From an uncultured Lentisphaeraceae bacterium (GTDB taxonomy: Bacteria > Verrucomicrobiota > Kiritimatiellia > RFP12 > DVOR01), in assembly GCA_949289005.1 (NCBI GenBank), contig CASEMQ010000053.1, positions 7,715 to 71,714 on the forward strand: 64,000 bases of DNA, given 5' to 3'. The stretch's first letter is position 1, and every line of letters starts with the position of its first letter. The notes beneath the pieces were generated by a model, which ran no database searches, was not told the origin of the DNA, and saw nothing but the letters and a program-made list of their open reading frames with translations. This document shows, one piece after another, positions 19,084 through 28,845 of the stretch. Position numbers and translations under genes: made by a program.

Positions 19084-20334
19084 TCACGCGTCGCGGAGCA
19101 TGGCGGCGGCACGGCGGGCGGCGGCGAGGATTTCGGCCTCGCCGGGGACGCGATGGCCGCGCATGAGGATGCGCCCCGCGCAAAAGACGGTGTCCACGCA
19201 CGCGGAGTCGCCCGCATAGAGAAAGTTGGCATCCGGATCGCCTCCGCCCGCGAAACAAGACGACTCCAAATCCACGAGAATGCCATCGGCCTCCGCGCCC
19301 ACGGCGACGCGGCCGGCCTCGGGGAAGCCGAGCGCGGCGGCGGCCTCCGCGGTGACGGCGCGATCGAGATCGGCCACGCGCAGGGCGTCGGGCGCGCCCG
19401 CGCCGAGTTTGGCGGAGAGCGCGGCGGCCTTGGCCTCGGCAATCATCGAGAGCCCGTTGTTCGAGGCCGCGCCGTCGGTGCCGACGGTGATGCGCACGCC
19501 CGCGGCGGCAGCCTTGGCCCAGGGGAAAACGCCGCTGGCGAGTTTTTGATTGGATTGCGGGCAGTGCGCCACGAAGCACCCGCGCTCGGCGATGCGTGCC
19601 AGGTCGTCGTCGTCCACGTGGCAGCAATGCGCCAGGATGGCGCCGGGGCGAAGAAGACCGCAGGCATCGAGATAGGCGATGGGGCTCGCCGCACCGAAGC
19701 GCTCCTTGGCGATGGCGACCTCGGCGGCGGTCTCGGCGGCATGGATGTGGATGGGCAGGCCGGTCTCGGCGGCTTGCGCGGCCACGCGGCGAAGCAGGTC
19801 GGGCGTGGTGGTGTAGAGCGCGTGGGGGGCGAGGGTGAGGCCGACGGTCGATGGCAGCCGCGTGCGCAACGCCCAGGCGGCCTCGTTCTCGATGTGGTCG
19901 CTCACCTGATCCATGAACATCAGCCCGACGCGGGCGCGAACCCCCATCTCGACGGCGGCGCGAATGACGGCGGGCTGATGGAAATACATATCGTTGAAGC
20001 CCACGCAACCCGACTTCAGCCCCTCCAGGATAGCCAGGCGCGTGCCGGCATAGACGGCCTCGGCGGTAAGGCGCGCCTCGCGCGGCCAAATCGCGCGCGT
20101 CAGCCAGTCCATGAGGGCGCAGTCGTCGTCAATGCCCCGCAAGAGGGTCATCGCCTGATGGGTGTGGGTGTTGTAGAAGGGCGGACGGAGCAGGAAACGC
20201 GTGCCGTCGATTTCCGTTTCGGCCGAACAACCCCTCAACGCCCCTGCCGGCTCAATCGCCGCGTAGCGGCCGGCCGCGATGGCCACATCCACCCGTCGGC
20301 CGCGACACAACACATCCCGGATCGCAATATCCAT
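19084..20334 (-). CDS. Amidohydrolase, MTA/SAH deaminase (MtaD/DadD)-like
   Basis: NTHTH metal motif, LLRG..DD..LMDWL..IWPRE, FNDMYF, APHALYT, HIHAAET, LAHC, HCPQSNQKLASG, GTDGAASNN. Confidence 0.85.
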   Translation of the reverse strand: MDIAIRDVLCRGRRVDVAIAAGRYAAIEPAGALRGCSAETEIDGTRFLLRPPFYNTHTHQAMTLLRGIDDDCALMDWLTRAIWPREARLTAEAVYAGTRLAILEGLKSGCVGFNDMYFHQPAVIRAAVEMGVRARVGLMFMDQVSDHIENEAAWALRTRLPSTVGLTLAPHALYTTTPDLLRRVAAQAAETGLPIHIHAAETAAEVAIAKERFGAASPIAYLDACGLLRPGAILAHCCHVDDDDLARIAERGCFVAHCPQSNQKLASGVFPWAKAAAAGVRITVGTDGAASNNGLSMIAEAKAAALSAKLGAGAPDALRVADLDRAVTAEAAAALGFPEAGRVAVGAEADGILVDLESSCFAGGGDPDANFLYAGDSACVDTVFCAGRILMRGHRVPGEAEILAAARRAAAMLRDA

Positions 20335-20338
20335 GACT

Positions 20339-21376
20339 TCAAGCCTCCTGCTCGGCCTCGAAGGCCTCCAATTCGTCGCGCAACGGTTGCGGCAAGGCCG
20401 CCCAAATCGCCGCCTCGTCCGCCGCCGCGGGCACACAAAGCCCGGGGGGCAAGCCGCCGGCGGCCAGACGCGTCGCCGCGAGATTGTGCAATGCCAGCGT
20501 GGGATCGATATAACGCATCCGCGTGGGATCCTCCAGCGCAAAGTTGAGCGGCGCCTTGGCGTTGAGCACGCGCCCGTCCGGCACGCCCGCCCCAAACTCG
20601 TCTTCCACGCCCATATTCGCCAAGATGGCATGCCCGGCCAAAAGGTCGGCGGCGTACGGCGCGGCGGCGTCCTTGACGCCCGTGGCCGTCACAACCAGGT
20701 CGGCCTCCCGCCGCAACAGGGTGCCAGGCGCCTCCGCCAACGCCACGCCACGTGGCGGGCGCGGCCATGCCGGATCCACGACAAAACACCGCGCCCCCGC
20801 CCGCGCCAGCCGGAAGAGAATCCCGCGCCCCACCTTGCCGCACCCGAAGACGACGGCCACCTTCCCGCGCAGCCCCCCCACGCCGAAATGCCGCAACCCG
20901 CGGACAAGCCCATCGCCCGTGCCCAGCGCGGTCTCAAAGGTCTTGATGCGGCTGGCATCCACGTCAATGACAGGGCACGTCCGGGCGAGCGCGCGATACC
21001 GCACCGCGCCCGAACGCGTCAGCTCCGCGCGCCCCAGGCGCGCGGGCACATCCGCGAAGGCCGCCGCGCAATCCAACACCACGTCAAACCCCCGCGTCAG
21101 GCGCGCCGCATCCGGCACACGCAGGCCAAACTCCCCCAAGCGCGCCGCCACTGCCGGGTCGTGCGGCATGGCGCGGCCATAGCCCACCCAGACCTCCGCG
21201 CCCGCCGCGAGCAGGCAAGCGTGCTTGAGAAGCGTGTTGCGAAACAGCGGCGTCGCGTCCAGCACCGTCAGCCCCGCCAACGGGCGCTCCCGCGCCCATG
21301 CGACCCGCTGACGCGTCAGCGCCGGCCGCCCCGCCTCGGGATAAACCGCCCCGAACACCTCGAATACATCGTCCAT
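20339..21376 (-). CDS. Divergent adenosylhomocysteinase-like NAD-binding protein
   Basis: LDCAA, ELTRSG (cf. ETTTG), DASRIKTFETALGTGDG (cf. DSxxKxxFDNxYG), GKVAVVFGCGKVGRG, VTATG, ANMG; 345 aa. Confidence 0.7.
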   Translation of the reverse strand: MDDVFEVFGAVYPEAGRPALTRQRVAWARERPLAGLTVLDATPLFRNTLLKHACLLAAGAEVWVGYGRAMPHDPAVAARLGEFGLRVPDAARLTRGFDVVLDCAAAFADVPARLGRAELTRSGAVRYRALARTCPVIDVDASRIKTFETALGTGDGLVRGLRHFGVGGLRGKVAVVFGCGKVGRGILFRLARAGARCFVVDPAWPRPPRGVALAEAPGTLLRREADLVVTATGVKDAAAPYAADLLAGHAILANMGVEDEFGAGVPDGRVLNAKAPLNFALEDPTRMRYIDPTLALHNLAATRLAAGGLPPGLCVPAAADEAAIWAALPQPLRDELEAFEAEQEA

Positions 21377-21489
21377 GCGCCCATTGTAGCACACCCGCGA
21401 GTCCGCCACGTCTCCTTGGGCATCGCCGGCACTGTCCGGGAAAATCGAGAGACCGGGAAGGCCGTGGGGGACTTCCCCGGGGGAATGGG

Positions 21490-22560
21490 TCATTTGATGG
21501 ACCAACGGTCGTACCAAGTGAAGTAAGGTTTGCCTTCGGGGTCCCATTGAATAGGGAGCCAGATGTGGCGGGAGTCGATTTGGTTTTTGGGGTTCCACCG
21601 ATCGCCGCAATAGATGTAGGTGTCGGGCTTGGTGGGGTGTTGGAGGACGTAGGTGCTTTGCGAGAAGAAGGTTTTGTTGTCGTTTTCGCCGCGGGCTGGG
21701 TTACCGAGTTCGGTCCAAGGGCCGGCGACGGCGGGGGCTTTGGCGGAGCGTGCGGCGTTGGGGGCCCAGCCGGTGCAACCGGAACCGATGAAATAATAGG
21801 TGTCGCCGCGCTTGAAGAGTGCGGGGGCTTCCATATAGCGGCCTTCGAAGGCGCGCCAGTAGCGGCCGGTGTGTTTGGTGTAGGTATCGTCGAGCTCGGC
21901 AATCTGGAGGGTACTGTTTTCCTCGGAGGCGTAGATGTGGTAGGCAGTGCCGTCGGTGTCGACGTAGAGGGTCATGTCGCGGGCCATTTGGCCGCCGGGG
22001 AGGTCGCGGAAGTAGGTTTTGGCTTTTTCGGAGCCAGGCTCGGGGGCGTTCTGCGCGGGGATGCCGGGATTGACGCGGCCTGAACGGAGGAAGGTGTAGG
22101 GGCCGGCGATGGTGTCGGCGATGGCGACGCCGCTGCGTGCGGAGGCGTAGCCTTGGCCTTTGAGCTCGAGGTGGAACCACATGACGAACTTGCGGGTCTT
22201 GGCGTTGTAGATGACTTTGGGGCGTTCGAGGATGCAACCTTCGGCGATGTCGCTTTTTGGGTCTTTGGAAACGCGCAGGGCGATGCCTTCGTCGCGCCAA
22301 TTCACGAGGTCGTCGGCAGGGGAGGAGTAGCAGTGGACGCCGACCCAGGCTTGGTTACCGGCGGTGCCGGCGACTTTGTGTTCGCCGAACCACCAGACGC
22401 GGCCTTCGTGGAGGAGAAGCCCGCCGCCGTGGGCGTTGATGTGGTTGCCGTTGTTGTCTTCCCAGCGCCCGCCGGGGACGAAGTCCGTTTGCTTGGGGGA
22501 AGGCGCGGCAAACGCGGCAAACGCGGCCAGACAACAGGTGAGGGGGAGCAAGGTCTTCAT
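21490..22560 (-). CDS. Glycoside hydrolase family 43 (Pc3Gal43A-like subgroup)
   Basis: Signal peptide; HINAHGGG, WFGE, ILERPKVIYN...FVMWFH, RDMTLYVD, SEEN, EAPA, SGCTGWAPN, SQST, GDRW, WLP. Confidence 0.9.
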   Translation of the reverse strand: MKTLLPLTCCLAAFAAFAAPSPKQTDFVPGGRWEDNNGNHINAHGGGLLLHEGRVWWFGEHKVAGTAGNQAWVGVHCYSSPADDLVNWRDEGIALRVSKDPKSDIAEGCILERPKVIYNAKTRKFVMWFHLELKGQGYASARSGVAIADTIAGPYTFLRSGRVNPGIPAQNAPEPGSEKAKTYFRDLPGGQMARDMTLYVDTDGTAYHIYASEENSTLQIAELDDTYTKHTGRYWRAFEGRYMEAPALFKRGDTYYFIGSGCTGWAPNAARSAKAPAVAGPWTELGNPARGENDNKTFFSQSTYVLQHPTKPDTYIYCGDRWNPKNQIDSRHIWLPIQWDPEGKPYFTWYDRWSIK

Positions 22561-22741
22561 GAGGGGTTCCTTCTTGGGTTTTATCCTCGTGCGGTGTCGA
22601 TTGCGGCCATTATAATAAGGCAAGGGCAGGGCGCGGATGCCAAACGTACATGGTTTTCGGCCTGCGTCTCGGCGTATGCAGGCGCGTGGAGAGGCGTGTT
22701 TTTAGGTGCGGCGCGGCGGGCGGCGGATAAAATATGGGCGC

Positions 22742-24220
22742 ATGAAAAGCAAGATCCTGACACACGCGCTCTGCGCGCTCGTCCTCTGCGCCGCCGGGCT
22801 TGGCCGGGCCGGCGAGACGACTCCTTTGCCGCCGGGGCTTGATGCCGCCGAGCGCGCCAAGCTGGCGCGAATTGCCCAGGTGTGCCCGGCGCCTCGGCAG
22901 TTGGCCTGGCAAAGGCTGGAGCGGACGGCCTTTTTCCACTTTGGCATCAACACGTTCACCGACCGCGAGTGGGGCACGGGCAAGGAAGACCCCAAACGCT
23001 TCAACCCCACGAAGCTGGACTGTCGCCAATGGATCCGCGCCATCAAGGTTGCAGGATTCAAACTGGCCATCCTTACGGCCAAACACCACGACGGCTTTTG
23101 CCTCTGGCCGAGCAAACTGACGACGCATTCGGTGGCGTCCTCGCCGTGGAAGGACGGCAAGGGCGACGTGGTGCGCGCGTTTGTGGACGCCTGCCGCGCC
23201 GAGGGCATCCGCGTGGGGCTCTACCTCTCGCCGTGGGATCGCCACGAGCCCACCTACGGCACGCCGGCCTACAACGACTTCTTCGTGGGGCAACTGAAGG
23301 AGCTCTTCGACGACTATGGCCCCATCGACGAGATATGGTTCGACGGCGCCTGCGGCGAGGGGCCCAACGGCAAGCGCCAGGTCTATGACTGGGCGCGCTT
23401 CTACACCTACATCCGCGCGCGCAACCCCGCATGCGTCATCGCCGTCTCAGGGCCGGACGTCCGCTGGGTGGGCAACGAATCCGGCCTGGCGCGCGACAGC
23501 GAGTGGAGCGTGCTCCCCGTCGAGGCCGTGAACAACGATGCCGTGCGCCAAGGTTTCGAAGCCTTCCATTTCGATGGGGATGACCAGGCGTCCATCGCCC
23601 GCCGCCAGTTGAGGCAGGCCGACCTCTCGGCGGATTCCCCCACCCTGGGCGCGCTCGGCACCGTGCTCGCCTCCGACGCCTGGGTCTGGTATCCCGCCGA
23701 GTGCGACGTCTCCATCCGCCCGGGTTGGTTCTACCACCCCGACCAAGACGGCCAGGTAAAGAGCCTGGCGCAGCTGATGGACATCCACGACCGCTCCGTC
23801 GGCCGCAACGCCGTCCTCCTCCTCAACATCCCGCCCACGCCCGAGGGGCTCCTCCACGCCAACGACGTCGCCCGCCTGCGCGAGTTCGGCCAAGCCCTGC
23901 GCGACACCTTCGGCACCAACCTCCTCGGCGCGACCCGCCCGGGGCAAACCGAGGTGACCCTGCCCAAGCCCATCCGCCTCGACGTCATCGTCGCACAGGA
24001 AGACATCGCCCACGGCCAAGTCGTCGAGCGCTTCCACATCGACATCCGCCGCCCCGGCGCCGATGCGTGGGAGACCGTCGCGTCGGCCACCACCATCGGC
24101 CACAAGCGCATCCTGCGCCTGAAGGCGCCCGTGGAGGCCACCGCGCTGCGCATCGTCATCGACGAGGCGCGCGCCACCCCGCGGCTCCTCCCGCTGGCCG
24201 CCCATCTCGCACGCCCGTGA
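22742..24220 (+). CDS. Alpha-L-fucosidase (GH29)
   Basis: AFFHFGINTF, TAKHHDGFCLWPS, GLYLSPWD, EIWFDGA, VRWVGNESG, PAECDVSIRPGWFYH, SVGRNAVLLLNIPP. Confidence 0.93.
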   Translation: MKSKILTHALCALVLCAAGLGRAGETTPLPPGLDAAERAKLARIAQVCPAPRQLAWQRLERTAFFHFGINTFTDREWGTGKEDPKRFNPTKLDCRQWIRAIKVAGFKLAILTAKHHDGFCLWPSKLTTHSVASSPWKDGKGDVVRAFVDACRAEGIRVGLYLSPWDRHEPTYGTPAYNDFFVGQLKELFDDYGPIDEIWFDGACGEGPNGKRQVYDWARFYTYIRARNPACVIAVSGPDVRWVGNESGLARDSEWSVLPVEAVNNDAVRQGFEAFHFDGDDQASIARRQLRQADLSADSPTLGALGTVLASDAWVWYPAECDVSIRPGWFYHPDQDGQVKSLAQLMDIHDRSVGRNAVLLLNIPPTPEGLLHANDVARLREFGQALRDTFGTNLLGATRPGQTEVTLPKPIRLDVIVAQEDIAHGQVVERFHIDIRRPGADAWETVASATTIGHKRILRLKAPVEATALRIVIDEARATPRLLPLAAHLARP

Positions 24221-24243
24221 CGCTCCCCTGTCCGCGCCCCGCG

Positions 24244-24276
24244 AAGCCCCGCCGCACCCGGCGGGGTTTTTTGTTT
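24244..24276 (+). terminator. Rho-independent terminator
   Basis: agccccgccg-cacc-cggcgggg followed by ttttttgttt after the fucosidase stop. Confidence 0.75.
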
Positions 24277-24340
24277 GCAACCGGCGGGCGTTTGTGCTAC
24301 CTTTTACGGAGATGATGAACGCTTGCTTCGGAGGCTTTTC

Positions 24341-26029
24341 GTGACGACAAACGATGAATATGCGTTGCAAATCCTGCAGGAGACCGGCCATGTGACGGCC
24401 GAGCAGGTGGCTGCCGCCCTTGCGGCGAAACGCAAGGAGGGGCAGACGCCCCTCGATTGGCTCGTGGAAAGTGGCACGATTTCGGAAGAGGATGTGCTGG
24501 GAACGCTGGCCGAGCAGTTTGGCATGCCCTTCGCCTCGATCGACGGCGACGAGGTGGACGAGGCGGCGGTGCATCTGTTGGACGCGGAGACGGCGCGGAA
24601 GTACAACGCCATCCCGTTGCAGGACGACGGCGACTCGGTGATGGTGGCGATTTGCGACCCGGCGAACTATGACGCGCAGGACGCGATCCGCTATCGGCTG
24701 AACGGGAAGAACGCGGACTTCGTGGTGGTGACCTCGGGCGACATCAAACGCCTGATGGAGAAGTATTACCCGCTGACCTTTGACCCCAACGCGACCGACA
24801 CGGGCGACAACCTCGTGAGCCAGCGCAAGGAGATGCAGGTGGACGAGAGCGGCGAGGGGGACGCGCCGGTCATCCGCCTGGTGAGCCTGATCTTGATGGA
24901 TGCCTGCAAGATGAAGGCATCCGACATTCATCTGGAGCCGATGGAAAAACGGTTCCGCGTACGCTTCCGCATCGATGGCGCGCTGCGGGAGATGGACCCG
25001 CCGCCGAAACGGTTGCAGGGGGCCATCATCTCGCGCGTGAAGCTGATGGCGAACATGGACCTCTCCGAGCGGCGCATCCCGCAAGACGGGCGCATCCAAG
25101 TGAAGATGGCCGAGCGCGACCTGGATCTGCGTGTGAGCACGGTGCCGACCAACTTCGGCGAATCCATCGTCATGCGTATCCTCGACAAGCAAAACCTGGC
25201 GTTGGGCCTGCCGCAGCTGGGCTTCCTCTCCGACGACCAAGCCAAGTTCGAGCGGCTCATCGGCCTGCCCGACGGCGTAATCCTGGTGACAGGGCCGACC
25301 GGCTCGGGCAAGACGACGACGCTTTACGCCTGCCTGGGGCAAATCAACCGCCCGGACAAGAAGCTCATCACCGTCGAAGACCCGGTGGAATACCAGATGA
25401 GCGGCATCAACCAAGTGCAGGTAAACCGCGCCGTGGGGCTGGACTTCTCGGCCGCGTTGCGCTCCATCCTCCGTCAGGCGCCCAATATCGTGATGATTGG
25501 TGAAATCCGCGACCACGAAACGGCCGAAATCGCGATGGAGGCGGCGCTCACCGGCCACCTCGTCTTCTCCACCCTGCACACCAACGACGCACCCAGCGCG
25601 GTGACGCGCCTCACGGACATGGGCATCAAGCCCTACCTCGTGGCCTCCGCCCTGCGCGCGGCGATGGCGCAGCGTCTGGTGCGCTCCATCTGCGAGAAAT
25701 GCCGCGAGGAGCACATCCCCACCGACCGCGAGCGGCGTATGCTCGGCACGATGGCCAAAGACGCCGACAAAATGCGGATGTTCAAGGGCAAGGGATGCCC
25801 CGTCTGCAACAACACCGGCTACAAAGGCCGCAAGGGCATCTTCGAGATTTTCTCGGTGGATGACACCGTGCAACGCATGATTTTCGACAAAGTGCCCACC
25901 ACCGTGCTCCGCGCCCGTGTGCGCGAAATGGGCATGCGCACCCTCCGCGAGGATGGCATGCTCAAAGTGGCCAGCGGCATGACCACCCTTGAGGAAGTGC
26001 TCCGCGCCACGATGGGCGACGAAAACTGA
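24341..26029 (+). CDS. pilB: Type IV pilus/T2SS assembly ATPase (PilB/GspE), copy 1
   Basis: ASDIHLEP, RFRIDGAL, ERRIPQDGRI, GPTGSGKTTTLY, TVEDPVEY, LRQAPNIVMIGEIRD, STLHTND, tetra-Cys; GTG start with GGAGG RBS. Confidence 0.88.
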   Translation: MTTNDEYALQILQETGHVTAEQVAAALAAKRKEGQTPLDWLVESGTISEEDVLGTLAEQFGMPFASIDGDEVDEAAVHLLDAETARKYNAIPLQDDGDSVMVAICDPANYDAQDAIRYRLNGKNADFVVVTSGDIKRLMEKYYPLTFDPNATDTGDNLVSQRKEMQVDESGEGDAPVIRLVSLILMDACKMKASDIHLEPMEKRFRVRFRIDGALREMDPPPKRLQGAIISRVKLMANMDLSERRIPQDGRIQVKMAERDLDLRVSTVPTNFGESIVMRILDKQNLALGLPQLGFLSDDQAKFERLIGLPDGVILVTGPTGSGKTTTLYACLGQINRPDKKLITVEDPVEYQMSGINQVQVNRAVGLDFSAALRSILRQAPNIVMIGEIRDHETAEIAMEAALTGHLVFSTLHTNDAPSAVTRLTDMGIKPYLVASALRAAMAQRLVRSICEKCREEHIPTDRERRMLGTMAKDADKMRMFKGKGCPVCNNTGYKGRKGIFEIFSVDDTVQRMIFDKVPTTVLRARVREMGMRTLREDGMLKVASGMTTLEEVLRATMGDEN

Positions 26030-26043
26030 GGAGTTTGAGAGAC

Positions 26044-27162
26044 ATGGACAAGAACGCGTACGAACTGGCCCAGGAGGCCACCACCGAAATCACCATGGCC
26101 GACCTCATGCAGGCGACGGTCGATGAAGGCGCGTCCGACCTGCACATCCGCGTGGGTGGGCCGCCCTACCTGCGCTGCTCCGGCGCGTTGGAGCCGTTGG
26201 ACGTCCCGCCCTTCACGGAGGCCGATGTCGCCAAACTCGCCCTCGAGATTGCCAACGAGGAGCAAATCGCCGAGGTGGAGAAGAATGGCGGCGCGGATTT
26301 CGGCCTCTACTTCTCCGAGGCGGCGCGCTTCCGCGTCTCCGTCTTCAAGGAACGCCACAACTACGGCCTCGTGCTACGCCAAATCCCCAGCACCATCCTC
26401 ACCCTGGAGCAACTGGGCTTGCCCGAGGCCGTCCACGAGCTGCTCTACAAGCCCCGTGGGCTCATCCTCGTTACCGGCCCCACCGGCTCGGGCAAGTCCA
26501 CCACCCTCGCCTCGATGATCGACATCATCAACCAGGACCGAGACTGCCACATCATCACCATCGAAGACCCGATCGAGTTCTACCACTACTCCAAGAAGTC
26601 CATCGTCACCCAACGCGAGGTCGGCGTCGACGTCCCCTCCTTCGCCGAGGCCATCCGCCGCGCCCTCCGCCAGGACCCCGACGTGATCCTCGTGGGCGAA
26701 ATGCGCGACCTCGAGACGATTGGCGCGGCCATTACCGCCGCCGAGACCGGTCACCTCGTCTTCGGCACCCTGCACACCACCGGCGCCGCCTCGACGGTCG
26801 ACCGCATCATCGACTCCTTCCCAACCAACCAACAGGAGCAGGTGCGCACGCAGCTCTCCATGTCGCTGGTCGCCGTCATCTCCCAAGTGCTCCTCCCCCG
26901 TGCCGACAAAGGCGGCAAGGGCCGCTGCGCCGCCTTCGAAATCATGATGTCCACCCCCTCCATCCGCAGCCGCATCCGCGACAACAAGACCTTCCAGATC
27001 AACTCCGACATCCAAACCGGCGCCAAGTTCGGCATGGTCTCCCTCGACACCTCCCTCCTCAACCTCTACATGGCCGGCAAAATCTCCTACGAAGACCTTG
27101 TCACCAAAGCGCAAGACCCCGAGACAACCGTCCAGAAACTCCGCGAAATGCAAGGGGAATAA
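26044..27162 (+). CDS. pilT: Type IV pilus retraction ATPase
   Basis: ASDLH, GPTGSGKSTTLA, IITIEDPIEF, QREVG, ALRQDPDVILVGEMRD, AETGHLVFGTLHT, IRSRIRDNK. Confidence 0.92.
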   Translation: MDKNAYELAQEATTEITMADLMQATVDEGASDLHIRVGGPPYLRCSGALEPLDVPPFTEADVAKLALEIANEEQIAEVEKNGGADFGLYFSEAARFRVSVFKERHNYGLVLRQIPSTILTLEQLGLPEAVHELLYKPRGLILVTGPTGSGKSTTLASMIDIINQDRDCHIITIEDPIEFYHYSKKSIVTQREVGVDVPSFAEAIRRALRQDPDVILVGEMRDLETIGAAITAAETGHLVFGTLHTTGAASTVDRIIDSFPTNQQEQVRTQLSMSLVAVISQVLLPRADKGGKGRCAAFEIMMSTPSIRSRIRDNKTFQINSDIQTGAKFGMVSLDTSLLNLYMAGKISYEDLVTKAQDPETTVQKLREMQGE

Positions 27163-27165
27163 GCG

Positions 27166-28845
27166 ATGGCCGACCCTACCCTCCAGCTCCCGCCCCTCCT
27201 CGAACTCGTCCGCGACAACGGCTTCCTCGACGATGCCCAAGCCCAGGAGCTCATCCGCCAGCACCTCGAAAGCGGCAAACCCTACAAACAGCTGATCCTC
27301 GACCAGGGCACCCTCTCCGAGGAAGACCTCCTCACCCTCATGGCCGGCAGCCAGGGCACCGACGTGGTCGACCTCTCGGGCATGGAGTTCGACGACACGC
27401 TCAAAAACCTCATCCCCGTCGCCAGCGTGCGCATACACTCCATCGTCCCCGTCGAGGCCGAGGCCGACCACGTCACCTTCGCCACGGCCGACCTCGTGGA
27501 GACCGATGTCATCGACGAGCTCACCTTCCTCCTCTCCAAGGAAATCCGTTTCGTCTTCGCCACCGAGGCGCAAATCAAGGCCGCCATCGACGCCAACTTC
27601 GCCGCCGGCGACGCCTCCGACGCGCTCCTCGAGGAACTCCCCGCCGTGGACGACGCCACCGACGAGAAGGGCATCGAGAGCGCCGCCGCCTCGGCCCCCG
27701 TCATCCGCTTCGTCAATCTCGTCCTCTACCAAGCCATCACCGACCGCGCCTCCGACATCCACATCGAGCCCTTCGAGAAAGACTTCAAGATCCGCTATCG
27801 CGTGGACGGCGCGCTCTACGAGATGAACCCGCCGCCCCTCAGCATGGCCCTGCCCATCATCTCGCGCATCAAGGTGCTCTCCAACCTCAACATCGCCGAG
27901 CGCCGCGTCCCGCAAGACGGCCGCATCGCCCTCACCGTCGCCGGGCGCCAGGTCGACCTCCGCGTCTCCTGCCTGCCCACCGTCCACGGCGAATCCGTGG
28001 TGCTCCGCGTTCTCGACCGCTCGGCCGTCTCCCTCGACCTGGAAAACATCGGCCTGCCCGAGGACATCTACGATGACATCACCCTTGACATCGAAAAGCC
28101 CAACGGCATCTTCATCGTCACCGGCCCCACCGGCTCCGGCAAGACCACCACGCTCTACTCCTGCCTTCGCGCCATCAACCAGGTCGACGTCAAAATCCTC
28201 ACCGCCGAGGAGCCTGTGGAATACGACATCGAAGGTCTCGTCCAGGTCCCCATCAACCCCCAGCAGGGCAACACCTTCGCCAAAGTGCTCCGCGCCTTCC
28301 TCCGTCAGGATCCCGACATCATCATGGTCGGCGAAATCCGCGACCTGGAGACCGCCGAAATCGCCGTCCAGGCCGCCCTCACCGGCCACTTCGTCTTCTC
28401 CACCCTGCACACCAACGACGCCGCCGGCGCCGTCACCCGCCTCGTGGACATGAACGTGGCCCCCTACCTCATCTCCTCCACCCTCCAAGCCGTCCTGGCC
28501 CAACGCCTCGTCCGCACCTGCTGCCAAAACTGCAAGACCTTCTACGACCCGGACGACGACGCGCTCCGCCGCCTCGGCCTCACCCGCGCCGACATCGGCA
28601 CCCGCAAGTTCGCCTACGGCAAAGGCTGCAAAATCTGCAACGCCACCGGCTACAAAGGCCGAAAAGGCGTCTTCGAATACCTCCGCATGTCCAACCCCAT
28701 CCGCGACATGATCAACGCCCGCGAGCCCACCCTCGTCATCCGCGAGAAAGCCCGCGAACTCGGCATGCGCACCATGCGCGAGGACGCCATCCGCAACGTG
28801 CTCGACGCCTACACCACAGTCGATGAAGTCCTCCGCTACACCTGA
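27166..28845 (+). CDS. pilB: Type IV pilus/T2SS assembly ATPase (PilB/GspE), copy 2
   Basis: ASDIHIEPFE, GPTGSGKTTTLY, EEPVEY, LRQDPDIIMVGEIRD, STLHTND, CQNC...CKIC. Confidence 0.88.
   Translation: MADPTLQLPPLLELVRDNGFLDDAQAQELIRQHLESGKPYKQLILDQGTLSEEDLLTLMAGSQGTDVVDLSGMEFDDTLKNLIPVASVRIHSIVPVEAEADHVTFATADLVETDVIDELTFLLSKEIRFVFATEAQIKAAIDANFAAGDASDALLEELPAVDDATDEKGIESAAASAPVIRFVNLVLYQAITDRASDIHIEPFEKDFKIRYRVDGALYEMNPPPLSMALPIISRIKVLSNLNIAERRVPQDGRIALTVAGRQVDLRVSCLPTVHGESVVLRVLDRSAVSLDLENIGLPEDIYDDITLDIEKPNGIFIVTGPTGSGKTTTLYSCLRAINQVDVKILTAEEPVEYDIEGLVQVPINPQQGNTFAKVLRAFLRQDPDIIMVGEIRDLETAEIAVQAALTGHFVFSTLHTNDAAGAVTRLVDMNVAPYLISSTLQAVLAQRLVRTCCQNCKTFYDPDDDALRRLGLTRADIGTRKFAYGKGCKICNATGYKGRKGVFEYLRMSNPIRDMINAREPTLVIREKARELGMRTMREDAIRNVLDAYTTVDEVLRYT

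Noticed and set aside
21420-21470. GGCACTG…GGGAAGGC resembling a cobalamin riboswitch core
   Set aside because: It is on the strand opposite the flanking genes, other conserved elements are not evident, and the downstream gene looks leaderless. An Rfam/Infernal scan would settle it.
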